From assembly GCA_963827635.1 (NCBI GenBank), contig CAWHBV010000009.1:281802-345801 (forward strand): a stretch of DNA of 64,000 nucleotides, written 5' to 3'. This DNA comes from an uncultured bacterium. Its GTDB lineage: Bacteria > Acidobacteriota > Aminicenantia > Aminicenantales > Saccharicenantaceae. Shown one piece after another: positions 26,770 to 37,570 of this stretch. Within the stretch, counting starts at the first letter, position 1. Each line of letters opens with the position of its first letter. The notes under the pieces are model-generated. The model saw only the letters and a program-made list of their open reading frames with translations, had not been told where the DNA came from and did no database searches. Made by a program: the position numbers and the translations under genes.

Positions 26770-29148
26770 TCAGTCTCCTTTCGTCTCTTCTTTCTCCAGG
26801 TCCTCGAGGAGCTGGACGAGGACGGCGTGGTCGCCTCCGGGCACCGCGAACTTGCGCGCGTTCCCGGAGAAGACGTCCGTCTCCCGGCCGTCGACGAGAA
26901 GCTGGTACTTGCCCTTCTTCAGGAAGCGCAGCTTGATGTCCCGCTTCTTGAGGGTCTTGATGCCGAAGGACACCTCGGATTCGTTGTAGAGGAAACGGCG
27001 GACGACGGCCCCGCCGTCGATCGCGATGAGGGTCTCGCCCTCTTCGCGCAGGACCGTCGCGGAGTTGGAGGCTTCGACCTCGTAGTGGCGGCCCTGGACC
27101 ATGATCCGGGCCAGCCGGCCCTTTCTCTCGGGCTTGAGGATGCCGAAGCGGAAGCCCTCGTGCGGCGTGAAATCGAGGAATTCCTCGACGGCGACGAGCG
27201 CGGCCAGGGGCCCGGCGGCGTGGTGGCGCTCGCCGGCGGCTTCGCCCGTGAGGGAATCGAAGCTCTCCGGGGACAGGCCGAAGCTCTCCCAGCTCCGCAT
27301 GAACATCTCGGCGCTCCGGCGGGCGAATTCGGAGGCGACCGCGTCGAAGCCGTAGGCCTTGAGACCCTGGAAGACGAGGTAGTTGGTCGCGGGCCGGACC
27401 GCGCCGCGCCACGAGCGCTGGCTCTCGGGCCGGAAGGCCGGATCGTCGCGGGAGATCGACGGGATGACGAAGTCGCCCCAGAACTGGCGGGGATCGAGCA
27501 GGTGCCGGATCATCTGCTGGGCCCGGGCCTCGTCGGGGATCCCGGCGAGGAGCGGGAGGAACGAAGAGGCCGCCTTGTGGACCGAGAAGCGGCCGTCCCA
27601 GTGCCGGTCGAAGTAGAAGCCGGATTTCTCGTTCCACAGCCGGGCGTTGATCAGGGCCTTCGTCCGGTCGTACTGTTCGCGGTAGCGATCGACGTCGAAG
27701 GGGCGGCCGAGGACGCGGGCGATCTCGGCGAGGCACCAGGCGTCCAGGGCGTAGAGGGAGTTCAGGTCGAGGCAGTTCAGCGTCAGCGTCCCGGTCTCCT
27801 CGCTGTACGAGGCGTCGTCCCAGTTCGGCAGGTCCTCCTGGCCCGATTCCCGGCAGGCCCGCATCTTGCCCGAGGCGTTCCTTTCCCAGGACGGCAGGTC
27901 CTTGCCCACGAGAGCGGCGTCCGAACCCCATTCGAGCAGGCCGTCGCCGTTCCCGTCGCGGCGGGCCCGGCCGTCCGGGCCCGGCGCCGTCCAGAAATCG
28001 TGCCAGCGCTGCAGCGAGGGGAAGGCCCGCCTCAGGATCTCCAGGTCGCCCAGGCGCTCGAAGAGCTTCAGGACGACGTAGGAGCCGAGCGGAGGCTGCG
28101 AGCGGTCGGCCGTCCCGCTCGTCCGGCTTCTCCAGCTCGGGATGTTCCCGTTCGGGTACTGGGTCTCGAGGACCGCCGCGAGCGTGTCGAGGGCCAGCTT
28201 CTGGCTCTCGAGCGCGAGCTCCAGCACGTTGAGGAAGGCGCCGTCGGCCAGGATGGTCCAATCCTCCCGGCCTCCGTCCGGACGGGGATAGATCGAGGCC
28301 CGCCCGGCCGGCGTGTAGAGCCGGTGGCTTCCCGGCTGGTAGAGGACCGTCCAGTGGAGACTGTCGGCGATGGCCTCCGGGACGCCCGCGTAGAGGCCGC
28401 GGGCCTTGACCCTTTTCTCCTCGTAGACGACGGCCTCCTCGTCGAGGAAGGTCCCGATGGTCTCCGCGTTCTTGTACCGGGTGATCCGATCGCCCAGCGA
28501 ATCGGCGCTCTCGCCGACGCCGGCGACGAAGGCGAGGGTCCGGTCGGGGCCCGGAAGGTAGGCCCGGGCCAGGCCTCCCGGAGGGGAAACGGCGGGCTGG
28601 CCGGCGAGGCTCGTCCAGATCAGGTAGACCGGGCTCCCCGCCGGACCGCTGCGCCCCCGGACCTGGCCGTCGGCGAGGAGGGCGAACTCGCCCTTGCGGT
28701 CCCACGGGAAATAGTGGACGAGAGTGATGCGGACGTCCTCCGGGAAGACGATGCGGCCGATGACGGTCCTTTCGTCGCGGCGCGACCATTCGAGCGTCAG
28801 GGCCTGGCGCCGGGGAGCCGGCTTCATCAGCACGGGCGTCGAACGGCCCATCTTGAACGGCAGCCCGAGGTCGAAGGTGACCCGGGCGTAGAGGCCGTCG
28901 GGCGAGTGCGGGCCGACGTCGGAGACGAGGTAGTAGAGGTCCGCGCCCTCGGCGGTCTCCCCTTCCCGCTCGACCCTCAGGAGGAAGGCGTAGGCGCAGT
29001 CGGCGGACGGGGCGATGACCAGCCCGGGCCAGCCCGCGGCGTCGAGCGACCCGATGCAGGTGTCCTTCCAGGGATAGAAGATCTCGGAGGGCAGACCCGC
29101 CGCGCAGGACAGGACGAGGGCGATGACGAGGATCGTTTTTCTGGGCAT
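26770..29148 (-). CDS. GH63-like / MGH1-like (alpha/alpha)6 glycoside hydrolase lipoprotein
   Basis: 792 aa intact. Lipobox LVLSCAAG. C-terminal half has blocks resembling GH63/trehalase-type enzymes (LLEWGSD, CLDLNSLYALDAW, SWRGAVRPATNYLVFQGLKAYG). Confidence 0.55.
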   Translation of the reverse strand: MPRKTILVIALVLSCAAGLPSEIFYPWKDTCIGSLDAAGWPGLVIAPSADCAYAFLLRVEREGETAEGADLYYLVSDVGPHSPDGLYARVTFDLGLPFKMGRSTPVLMKPAPRRQALTLEWSRRDERTVIGRIVFPEDVRITLVHYFPWDRKGEFALLADGQVRGRSGPAGSPVYLIWTSLAGQPAVSPPGGLARAYLPGPDRTLAFVAGVGESADSLGDRITRYKNAETIGTFLDEEAVVYEEKRVKARGLYAGVPEAIADSLHWTVLYQPGSHRLYTPAGRASIYPRPDGGREDWTILADGAFLNVLELALESQKLALDTLAAVLETQYPNGNIPSWRSRTSGTADRSQPPLGSYVVLKLFERLGDLEILRRAFPSLQRWHDFWTAPGPDGRARRDGNGDGLLEWGSDAALVGKDLPSWERNASGKMRACRESGQEDLPNWDDASYSEETGTLTLNCLDLNSLYALDAWCLAEIARVLGRPFDVDRYREQYDRTKALINARLWNEKSGFYFDRHWDGRFSVHKAASSFLPLLAGIPDEARAQQMIRHLLDPRQFWGDFVIPSISRDDPAFRPESQRSWRGAVRPATNYLVFQGLKAYGFDAVASEFARRSAEMFMRSWESFGLSPESFDSLTGEAAGERHHAAGPLAALVAVEEFLDFTPHEGFRFGILKPERKGRLARIMVQGRHYEVEASNSATVLREEGETLIAIDGGAVVRRFLYNESEVSFGIKTLKKRDIKLRFLKKGKYQLLVDGRETDVFSGNARKFAVPGGDHAVLVQLLEDLEKEETKGD

Positions 29149-29279
29149 CCCGGGGATTCCGGCCGGCGGCCTCCTCGCCGTCCACTCTATGCGAAAGAAA
29201 TGGTGAAATCAAGACGAGGCGCGTGCTTTTCCTGCCGCGGTGTGATAGATTAATCCCTCGTATCCCGGTGGAGGGAACT

Positions 29280-30410
29280 ATGGATTTCCGCCTCTATTTC
29301 CGCTCCCGTCAGGGCGAGCTCGTCCATCTGCTGAAACAGCTCGTCCTGCTCGAATCCCCGACGCAGGACAAGAAGGCCGTCGACGCCTGCGCGTCCTTCG
29401 CCGCCCGGGAGCTGAAACGGGTCGGGTGCAAGATCACGGTGCATCCGCAGAAGGAAGTCGGCGACCTCGTCGTGGCCGAGTTCGCGCCGGGACGGCTCAA
29501 GGACGCCGACGACGAGATCCTCGTCCTGACCCACGTCGACACGGTCTGGCCCGTCGGCAAGATCGTGAAGATGCCCTTCTACGTCCAAGGGAACCGGATC
29601 TACGGTCCGGGCGTCCTGGACATGAAGGGCGGACTGGTCATGGTCCTGGCCGCCCTCCGCGCGCTCCAGGCGCTCAACGCCAAGCCCCAGAAGAGGATCA
29701 CGGTCCTGGTCAATTCCGCCGAAGAGACCGGGCAGGGCGCGGCGGCCGAGATGATCCGCAAGCTGGCCCGCAAGGCCTCGCTCGTGCTCTGCCTCGAGCC
29801 GGCGCTGCCGGGCGGCGCGCTGAAGCTGGAGCGGAAGGGGCGGCTCGTCGTCCGCATGGACGTGCACGGCCGCTCGGCGCACGGCGGCACACCCGAGAAG
29901 GGCGTCAGCGCCGTCGAAGAGCTGGTCGCCCAGATCGCCAAGTTCAAGCGCCTGCGCGCCGGCGAGACGACCGTCAACGTCGGGCTCATCGGCGGCGGCG
30001 AGAAGGCCAACGTCGTCGCCGAGAGCGCCTGGGCGACGCTGGACGTCCGGTTCTGGAAGGCCGCGGACAGGGACCGGGTGCTGAAGATCCTGCGGGAGGC
30101 GGTGCCGGCCCTGCGCGGGGCGCGGATCAAGATCACGGTCGAGAGCACGACGCCGCCCATGGAGAAGACCAAGGCCTCCGAGAAGCTCTTCCTCCGGGCC
30201 CAGGGGATCGCCGCGAGCCTGGGGATCGCCCTCAAGGGCGGCAAGACGGGCGGCGGCTCGGACGCGTCGATCGCCGCGGGCCTGGGCGTCCCGACCCTCG
30301 ACGGCCTCGGGCCGGACGGGGACGGCCTCCACGCCGAGCACGAGCATCTTCTCCTGCCGTCCCTCATCGAGCGCACGGCGTTGCTGACCGAGCTGTTGAA
30401 GGACCTGTGA
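29280..30410 (+). CDS. M20-family metallopeptidase (carboxypeptidase G2-like)
   Basis: Start at MDFRLY preceded by GGTGGAGGG. Blocks THVDTVWP, GPGVLDMKGG, NSAEETG, GGGSDAS. Confidence 0.8.
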   Translation: MDFRLYFRSRQGELVHLLKQLVLLESPTQDKKAVDACASFAARELKRVGCKITVHPQKEVGDLVVAEFAPGRLKDADDEILVLTHVDTVWPVGKIVKMPFYVQGNRIYGPGVLDMKGGLVMVLAALRALQALNAKPQKRITVLVNSAEETGQGAAAEMIRKLARKASLVLCLEPALPGGALKLERKGRLVVRMDVHGRSAHGGTPEKGVSAVEELVAQIAKFKRLRAGETTVNVGLIGGGEKANVVAESAWATLDVRFWKAADRDRVLKILREAVPALRGARIKITVESTTPPMEKTKASEKLFLRAQGIAASLGIALKGGKTGGGSDASIAAGLGVPTLDGLGPDGDGLHAEHEHLLLPSLIERTALLTELLKDL

Positions 30411-30459
30411 TCGTTCCGACGGTCACGTTCCGGCTATTACATACTATAAGGAGTGCCTC

Positions 30460-31608
30460 ATGATAAAAAAGTACTACCTCCTCTCGCCCGGACCGACGCC
30501 GGTGCCCGAGCGGGCCCTGTCGGCGGCGGCCGAGCCCATCTTCCACCACCGGACGCCCGAGTTCTCGGCCCTGTTCATGGAGGTGACCGAAGGCATCAAG
30601 TACGTCTTCGGGACCAAGGAGGACGCCTACATCCTGACCTCGTCGGGAACGGGCGCGATGGAGACCGCCGTCGTCAACCTGCTCAGCCCGGGCGACAAGG
30701 TCCTGACCATCAACGCCGGCAAGTTCGGCGAGCGCTGGGGCAACATCTGCAAGGCCTACGGCGTCGCCTACAAGGAGATCGTCCTCGACCCGTGGGGCAA
30801 GGATTATTCCAAGGAGGAGCTGGAAGCCGAGCTCAAGGCCATGCCCGACTGCAAGGCCGTGTTCGCGACCCTCTCCGAAACCTCCTCCGGGGCCATGTTC
30901 GACATCCAGGGCTTCGGCGAGGTGGTGGCCAAGACGCCGGCCGTGCTCGTCGTCGACGGCATCTCCGGCGCCGGCGTCACCCCCTGCCCCATGGACGACT
31001 GGAAGGTCGACGTCTTCCTGTCGGGTTCCCAGAAATCGTTCATGATCCCGCCCGGACTGGCCTTCATCGCGCTCAGTCAGAAGGCCTGGGCCCTGGCGGC
31101 GGGCGCCAAGCTGCCCAAGTTCTACTTCGACCTCAAGAAGGCCAAGAAGAACCTGGCCGACAAGACGACGCCCTGGACCCCCGGCATCTCGCTCGTCGTC
31201 CAGCAGAAGCACGCCCTCGACATCATCCGCAAGATGGGTCTCGACGGCCTCTTCGAGCACCACAGGATCCTGGGCGACGCGACGCGGGCCGGCGTCAAGG
31301 CCCTCGGCCTCGAGCTCCTGTCGCAGCGGCCGGGCAACGTCCTGACCTGCTGCAAGGTGCCCGAAGGCATCGAGGGCGGCAAGCTGGTCAAGACCATGCA
31401 GAACAAGTACATGGCCTACATCGCCGGCGGCCAGGAGCCGTACAAGGGCAAGATCTTCCGCATCGCCCACCTCGGCTACATGGGCGGCTTCGACATCATC
31501 ACGGCCCTGTCCGCGCTCGAAATGACGCTCATGGACCTCGGCTACACGTTCGAGGCCGGCGCCGGCATCAAGGCGGCCCAGGCCGTGCTCAAGGAGAACT
31601 GGCAATGA
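30460..31608 (+). CDS. Class-V aminotransferase (serine-glyoxylate / phosphoserine aminotransferase type)
   Basis: AAGGAG RBS. LSPGPTPVP N-terminus. PLP-Lys block SGSQKSF. ATGA overlap with serA suggests a serine-pathway role. Confidence 0.75.
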   Translation: MIKKYYLLSPGPTPVPERALSAAAEPIFHHRTPEFSALFMEVTEGIKYVFGTKEDAYILTSSGTGAMETAVVNLLSPGDKVLTINAGKFGERWGNICKAYGVAYKEIVLDPWGKDYSKEELEAELKAMPDCKAVFATLSETSSGAMFDIQGFGEVVAKTPAVLVVDGISGAGVTPCPMDDWKVDVFLSGSQKSFMIPPGLAFIALSQKAWALAAGAKLPKFYFDLKKAKKNLADKTTPWTPGISLVVQQKHALDIIRKMGLDGLFEHHRILGDATRAGVKALGLELLSQRPGNVLTCCKVPEGIEGGKLVKTMQNKYMAYIAGGQEPYKGKIFRIAHLGYMGGFDIITALSALEMTLMDLGYTFEAGAGIKAAQAVLKENWQ

Positions 31609-32507
31609 CCAAGATCCTCATCGCCGACGGCATGGACAAGGCGGCCTTGGAGCAGCTCCGGGCCGTTCCGGGCTTCGAGATCACCGTCGCCAAGGGCCTG
31701 AGCGAGGCCGAGCTCATCGCCGCCGTCCCCGGCACGAGCGCCGTGGTCGTCCGGAGCGCCTCGCGCATCACCCGGCCGGTCATCGAGGCGGGCACGGACC
31801 TCAAGGTCCTGGTCCGGGCCGGCATCGGCCTCGACAACATCGACCGCGACGCGGCCAAGGAAAAGGGCATCTTCGTGGCCAACACGCCGGCCGCGACGTC
31901 CATCACGGTCGCCGAGCACACCTTCGGGCTCATGCTGGGCGCCGTGCGCAACCACGCCAAGGCCGTCCTGTCGATGAAGGCCCACAAGTGGGACAAGAAG
32001 GCGCTCGAGGGCACGGAGCTCTACGGCAAGACCCTGGGCATCATCGGGTTCGGCCGGATCGGGCTCGAGGTCGCCAAGAGGGCCCTGGCCTTCGGCATGA
32101 CCGTCCTCGCCTACGACATCATCCCGATCAAGGCCGGCGACCTCGCGGTGAAACAGGTCCCGCTCGACGACCTCCTGGCCGCGGCCGACCTCATCACCCT
32201 CCACGTCCCCAAGCAGGCCAAGCCCATCCTGGGCGAAGCCGAGTTCGCCAAGATGAAGACGGGCGTCATCATCGTCAACGTCGCCCGCGGCGGCGTCGTC
32301 GGCGAGAAGGCCCTGCTCGACGCGCTCAACGCCGGCAAGGTCCGGGCCGCGGCGCTCGACGTCTTCGACAAGGAGCCGCCCGAGGACTTCTCGCTCGTCG
32401 ACCATCCCAACGTCATCCCCATCCCCCACCTCGGCGCCGCGGCGGCCGAGGGCCAGCAGCGGGCCGGCCTGGAGGTCGTCCGCATCCTCAAGGAAAAGCT
32501 GGGCTGA
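31605..32507 (+). CDS. serA: D-3-phosphoglycerate dehydrogenase, short form without ACT domain
   Basis: NAD site GIIGFGRIGLEVA. Blocks VARGGVV and IPHLGA. 300 aa. Confidence 0.8.
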   Translation: MTKILIADGMDKAALEQLRAVPGFEITVAKGLSEAELIAAVPGTSAVVVRSASRITRPVIEAGTDLKVLVRAGIGLDNIDRDAAKEKGIFVANTPAATSITVAEHTFGLMLGAVRNHAKAVLSMKAHKWDKKALEGTELYGKTLGIIGFGRIGLEVAKRALAFGMTVLAYDIIPIKAGDLAVKQVPLDDLLAAADLITLHVPKQAKPILGEAEFAKMKTGVIIVNVARGGVVGEKALLDALNAGKVRAAALDVFDKEPPEDFSLVDHPNVIPIPHLGAAAAEGQQRAGLEVVRILKEKLG

Positions 32508-32519
32508 AACGCTTCTTGA

Positions 32520-32572
32520 GACGGGGCCGCCCCGTCCGGGACACACCCGGCCGAGGCGGCCCCTCTTTTTTT
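32520..32572 (+). terminator. Intrinsic terminator after serA (two hairpins, the second followed by a T-run)
   Basis: GACGGGG-CCG-CCCCGTC (32520-32536), then GGCCG-AGG-CGGCC (32549-32561) followed by CCTCTTTTTTT. Confidence 0.55.
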
Positions 32573-32583
32573 ATCCCGGGTTC

Positions 32584-32592
32584 TGTTAGAAT
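32584..32592 (+). promoter_or_regulatory. Extended -10 element (TGTTAGAAT) for nifS, 6 nt from the ATG
   Basis: TG-T-TAGAAT at 32584-32592. ATG at 32599. No SD. Confidence 0.5.
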
Positions 32593-32598
32593 AGATCC

Positions 32599-33753
<1,155 letters not shown>

Positions 33754-33764
33754 GCCGAGGAGCG

Positions 33765-34308
33765 TCAGGCGCGGCGCTCGCGGATCTGCCGGAGGAAGCT
33801 CTCCCTGACCGACCGGAAATAGGCCTGCGCGGGCTCGCGCCTCAGATCGGGATACGTCCACTCGAGCGTCTTGACGCCCGTCCTGGTGAACAGGAATTCG
33901 AGGTGGGCGTAGATGCCCTGCGCAAGCGGGACACGGTGGGCGAAATCCTTGGCCGTGGCCATGATCGAGCGCGGCCGCCGTGAGATAGCCGGGGTCGATG
34001 TTGACGGGCCGGCCGGCCGCGCCGCGCTCTTTCCGGAGCGCTTCTTCGAGCTCGATGGCCCGGATCTTCAGGGAGGGCAGCGTCTCCGGGGCGATCAAGG
34101 CTTCGAAGCTCACGAATCGCCGCCTCAGCCCCTCCCCCATCTCGGCCCCGTAGTGATCCGTCAGGTCGAACGGAAACGGCGCGCTCTCGCTGTCGACCCT
34201 CCCCCACTCCTCTTCGAGCCGTCTCCTGGCCTCGTCGTAGAGCGCATCCTCCTTATAGATCACGCCGCAGACGCACTTGACCGGTGCGAACTCTCTCGGC
34301 TGGGCCAT
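33765..34308 (-). CDS. DUF4416-like hypothetical protein (one apparent frameshift)
   Basis: MAQPREFAPVKCVCGVIY...NIDPGYLTAAAL joins IMATAKDFAHRVPLAQGIYAHLEFLF...WTYPDLR after removing one base near 33966. Confidence 0.45.
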
Positions 34309-34419
34309 CGCGTCCCTGAGTATAAACCAAGAGGCATGTTTTTCACGCCGGCCGTGACCGGCGCGGGAGCGGCCCGGCTTTCGAGCCACTCGGCGGCTCG
34401 CCGTTGTCCTGCCGGGCGA

Positions 34420-34448
34420 TTGCAGAATGTCCCCGATGCGCTTATAAT
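34420..34448 (+). promoter_or_regulatory. Sigma70-like promoter for asnS, -10 only 9 nt from the ATG
   Basis: TTGCAG-17 nt-TATAAT. ATG at 34458. No SD. Confidence 0.6.
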
Positions 34449-34457
34449 GTGCGCACT

Positions 34458-35750
34458 ATGAAATGGGTCTACATCGAGGACATCGCGGCCCACGACGGCC
34501 AGGACGTCGAGATCCGCGGCTGGGTCTACAACAAGCGCTCGTCGGGCAAGGTCCGCTTCCTGCTCGTCCGCGACGGGACGGGCCTCATCCAGGCGACGGC
34601 CTTCAGCGCCGACAAGGACGCCCCCCTGTTCAAGGAGTTCGACCGCCTGACCCAGGAGTCCTCGGTCATCGTCCGCGGCAAGGTCCGCGGGGAAAAGCGG
34701 GCCCCGGGCGGCTTCGAGCTGGCCATGGAGGAGATCGAGATCGTCCAGATCGCCGCCGAATATCCGATCACGCTCAAGGAGCACAGCACCCCGTTCCTCA
34801 TGGAGCACCGCCACCTCTGGCTCCGGTCCTCGCGGCAGCACGCCATCCTGCGCGTCCGGGCCGAGGTCGTCAAGGCCATCCGGGATTTCTTCGACGACCG
34901 CGGCTTCCGCCTCATGGACACGCCCATCCTGACCCCGAGCGCCTGCGAGGGGACGACGACCCTCTTCGAGACCGAATATTTCGACCAGAAAGCCTATCTC
35001 AGCCAGAGCGGCCAGCTCTACAACGAGGCGACGGCCATGGCCTTCGGCAAGGTCTACTGCTTCGGCCCGACCTTCCGGGCCGAGAAATCGAAGACCCGCC
35101 GCCACCTCATCGAGTTCTGGATGGTCGAGCCGGAAGTCGCCTTCGCCACCCTCCAGGACATCATCGGGCTCGGCGAGGACCTCATCCTGTTCATCATGGA
35201 GCGGGTCCTGACCCGGCGGCGGCTCGAGCTCGAGACGCTCGAGCGCGATCCCAAGCCGCTCGAAGCCATCGGGAAGCCCTTTCCCCGCCTGACCTACAGC
35301 GAGGCGGTCCCGGTCCTGCGCGAGAAAGGCTCGACGATCGAGTGGGGCGGCGATTTCGGGGCGCCCGAAGAGACCATCATCTCCGAGCTCTACACCTCGC
35401 CGGTCTGCGTCACGCACTTCCCGACGGCCATCAAGGCTTTCTACATGCAGCCGGCCGCGGAGAACCCCGACGTCGTCCTCGGCGTCGATTTCCTGGCCTC
35501 GGAAGGCTACGGCGAGGTCATCGGCGGCGGGCAGCGCATCCACGACCTCGACCTGCTCGAGAAACGGCTCGCGGAGCACGATCTGCCGCGCGAGGCCTAC
35601 GAATGGTACCTCGACCTCCGCAAGTACGGCAGCGTGCCCCACTCCGGCTTCGGCATGGGCATCGAGCGCATGGTCTCCTGGATCTGCGGCATCAAGCACA
35701 TCCGCGAGACGATCCCCTTCCCCCGGCTCCTCTACAGGATCTATCCTTGA
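34458..35750 (+). CDS. asnS: Asparagine--tRNA ligase
   Basis: 430 aa. OB-fold N-terminus ([24 protein letters not shown]). Class II motif 2 (FRAE) and motif 3 (GFGMGIERM). Confidence 0.8.
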   Translation: MKWVYIEDIAAHDGQDVEIRGWVYNKRSSGKVRFLLVRDGTGLIQATAFSADKDAPLFKEFDRLTQESSVIVRGKVRGEKRAPGGFELAMEEIEIVQIAAEYPITLKEHSTPFLMEHRHLWLRSSRQHAILRVRAEVVKAIRDFFDDRGFRLMDTPILTPSACEGTTTLFETEYFDQKAYLSQSGQLYNEATAMAFGKVYCFGPTFRAEKSKTRRHLIEFWMVEPEVAFATLQDIIGLGEDLILFIMERVLTRRRLELETLERDPKPLEAIGKPFPRLTYSEAVPVLREKGSTIEWGGDFGAPEETIISELYTSPVCVTHFPTAIKAFYMQPAAENPDVVLGVDFLASEGYGEVIGGGQRIHDLDLLEKRLAEHDLPREAYEWYLDLRKYGSVPHSGFGMGIERMVSWICGIKHIRETIPFPRLLYRIYP

Positions 35751-37106
35751 CCCGGCCGACGCGCGGCGCCCGGGGCGTCCGGCGCGCCGGAGGAACGGTC
35801 GCCCTCATCAGCCTCGGCTGCGCCAAGAACCTCGTCGACAGCGAGGTCATGCTCGGCGCGCTCAAAGCGGCCGGCTATGCCCTCACCGGCCGGGCCGAGG
35901 AGGCCGACACGGTCGTCGTCAACACCTGCGGTTTCATCGGACCGGCCCGCGAGGAGGCCGAAGCGACCCTGGCCGAGGTCCTCCGGCTGAAACGCAAGGA
36001 CCCGCGGAAGAGGATCGTCGCCGCCGGCTGTCACGTGGAAAGGGACAGGGCCCGGCTGGAGCGGGAATTCCCCGGGGTCGACGCCTGGACCGGGGTCCGG
36101 AGCTTCGACCGGATCGTCGCGATCGTCGAGGGCCTCGCTTTTCGGGAGCCGGGCCGGACCTTCCTCTATTCGGACGCTTCGCCCCGGCTGGTCACGACGC
36201 CCGGCGCCTGGGCCTACGTCAAGATCTCGGAGGGGTGTTCCCACCGCTGCGGTTTCTGCGCCATCCCCCTGATCAAAGGCCCGTACGTCTCGCGGAGCGC
36301 GGCCTCGATCCTGCGCGAGGTCCGGACGCTCGCGGCTCTCGGCGTCCGGGAGATCGACCTCATCTCCCACGACACGTCCTGGTTCGGCCGCGACCGGGGG
36401 ATCCGGGACGGGCTCGCCCGGCTCCTGGAGCGGCTCGCGCGTGTCCCCGGCATCGCCTGGCTGCGCTTCCTCTACGGCTATCCCGAGGAGATCACGGACC
36501 GCCTGCTCGAGGCGATGGCCGGCCCGAAGATCTGCCGCTACTTCGACATCCCCTTCCAGCATGCCGATCCAGGCCTCGTCAAAGCCATGAGGCGGGGCCT
36601 CGACGGGGCCCGGGCGCTCCGGCTCCTCGATCGCATCCGGACGAAGCTCCCGGACGCGGCCGTCAGGACCTCGCTCATCGTCGGCTTCCCGGGCGAGGGG
36701 AAAAAGGAGTTCGCCGCGCTGCGCCGGTTCGTCGCAAGCGGCCCGGTTCGACCACCTCGGCGTTTTCGCCTACTCGCCCGAGAGAGGCACCGCCTCGTTC
36801 GGCCTGGCCGACCGGATCCCCTTCGAGGAGAAGGAGGCGCGCCGCCGCGAGATCATGGAGATCCAGGCCTCGATCTCCCGGGAGAAGAACGAGGCCCGTG
36901 TCGGCCGGACGGTCGACGTCCTCGTCGAGGGACCCGACGCCGCGTCGCCCGGACGCTGGACCGGCCGCGGGCGCTTCCAGGCCCCGGAGGTCGACGGCAT
37001 CGTCCGGTTCTCCCTGCCGCCCGGAATGTCCGAGCCGCCCGCCCCCATCGTCCGGGTCGCGATCGACTCGGCCGACGACTACGATCTTTTCGGGACGCTG
37101 GCATGA
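35747..37106 (+). CDS. rimO: Ribosomal protein S12 methylthiotransferase RimO (one apparent frameshift; TTG start tentative)
   Basis: MTTase N-terminal Cys (LGCAKN, NTCGF). Radical-SAM [13 protein letters not shown]-terminus ([11 protein letters not shown]). Frame switch near 36740. Confidence 0.8.
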
Positions 37107-37556
37107 AGACGAGCGCCTCCGGGATCCTGGCCACGTTCTTCGGCCTCGGCCTCGTCCCCCTGGCCCCGGGCACGGCCGGGAGCCTGGTCGCCGTCTCTGT
37201 CCTACAAAGCGGCGCTCCATGCGCTCGCCTGGCCCGTCTACCTGCTCCTCATCGCCGTCCTCTTCTGCGTCGGTGCCGGCGCCGCGGCCAGGCACGCCGC
37301 GGAGCTCGGCCGGCCCGATCCCGGCCGGATCGTCGTCGACGAGGTCTGCGGCCAGCTCATCGCCTGCGCCTTCCTGCCCGCGGACTGGATCTCCGTCGCC
37401 GTCGCTTTCGCCCTGTTCCGCTTTTTTGATATCATCAAGCCCTGGCCGATCCGGAAGCTCGAAGGGCTGCCCGGAGGCTGGGGCATCATGGCCGACGACG
37501 TCGGCGCGGGCCTCGCGGCGGCCGCTCTCGCCCGCCTGGTCCTGCTCGTCGTCTGA
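37103..37556 (+). CDS. pgpA: Phosphatidylglycerophosphatase A (one apparent frameshift)
   Basis: FFGLGLVPLAPGTAGSL N-terminus. After a frame switch near 37201 it continues VVDEVCGQ...FRFFDIIKPWP...GWGIMADD. ATGA overlap with rimO. Confidence 0.75.
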
Positions 37557-37570
37557 AGCCCGGAAGAAAC

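Noticed and set aside
25700-29212. 1170-aa ORF suggesting a giant fusion upstream of the asparaginase.
   Set aside because: Only the last 354 residues (from MVPYSRRDFLKAG, start 26764) look like protein. The upstream part is the wrong frame of the GH63-like gene.
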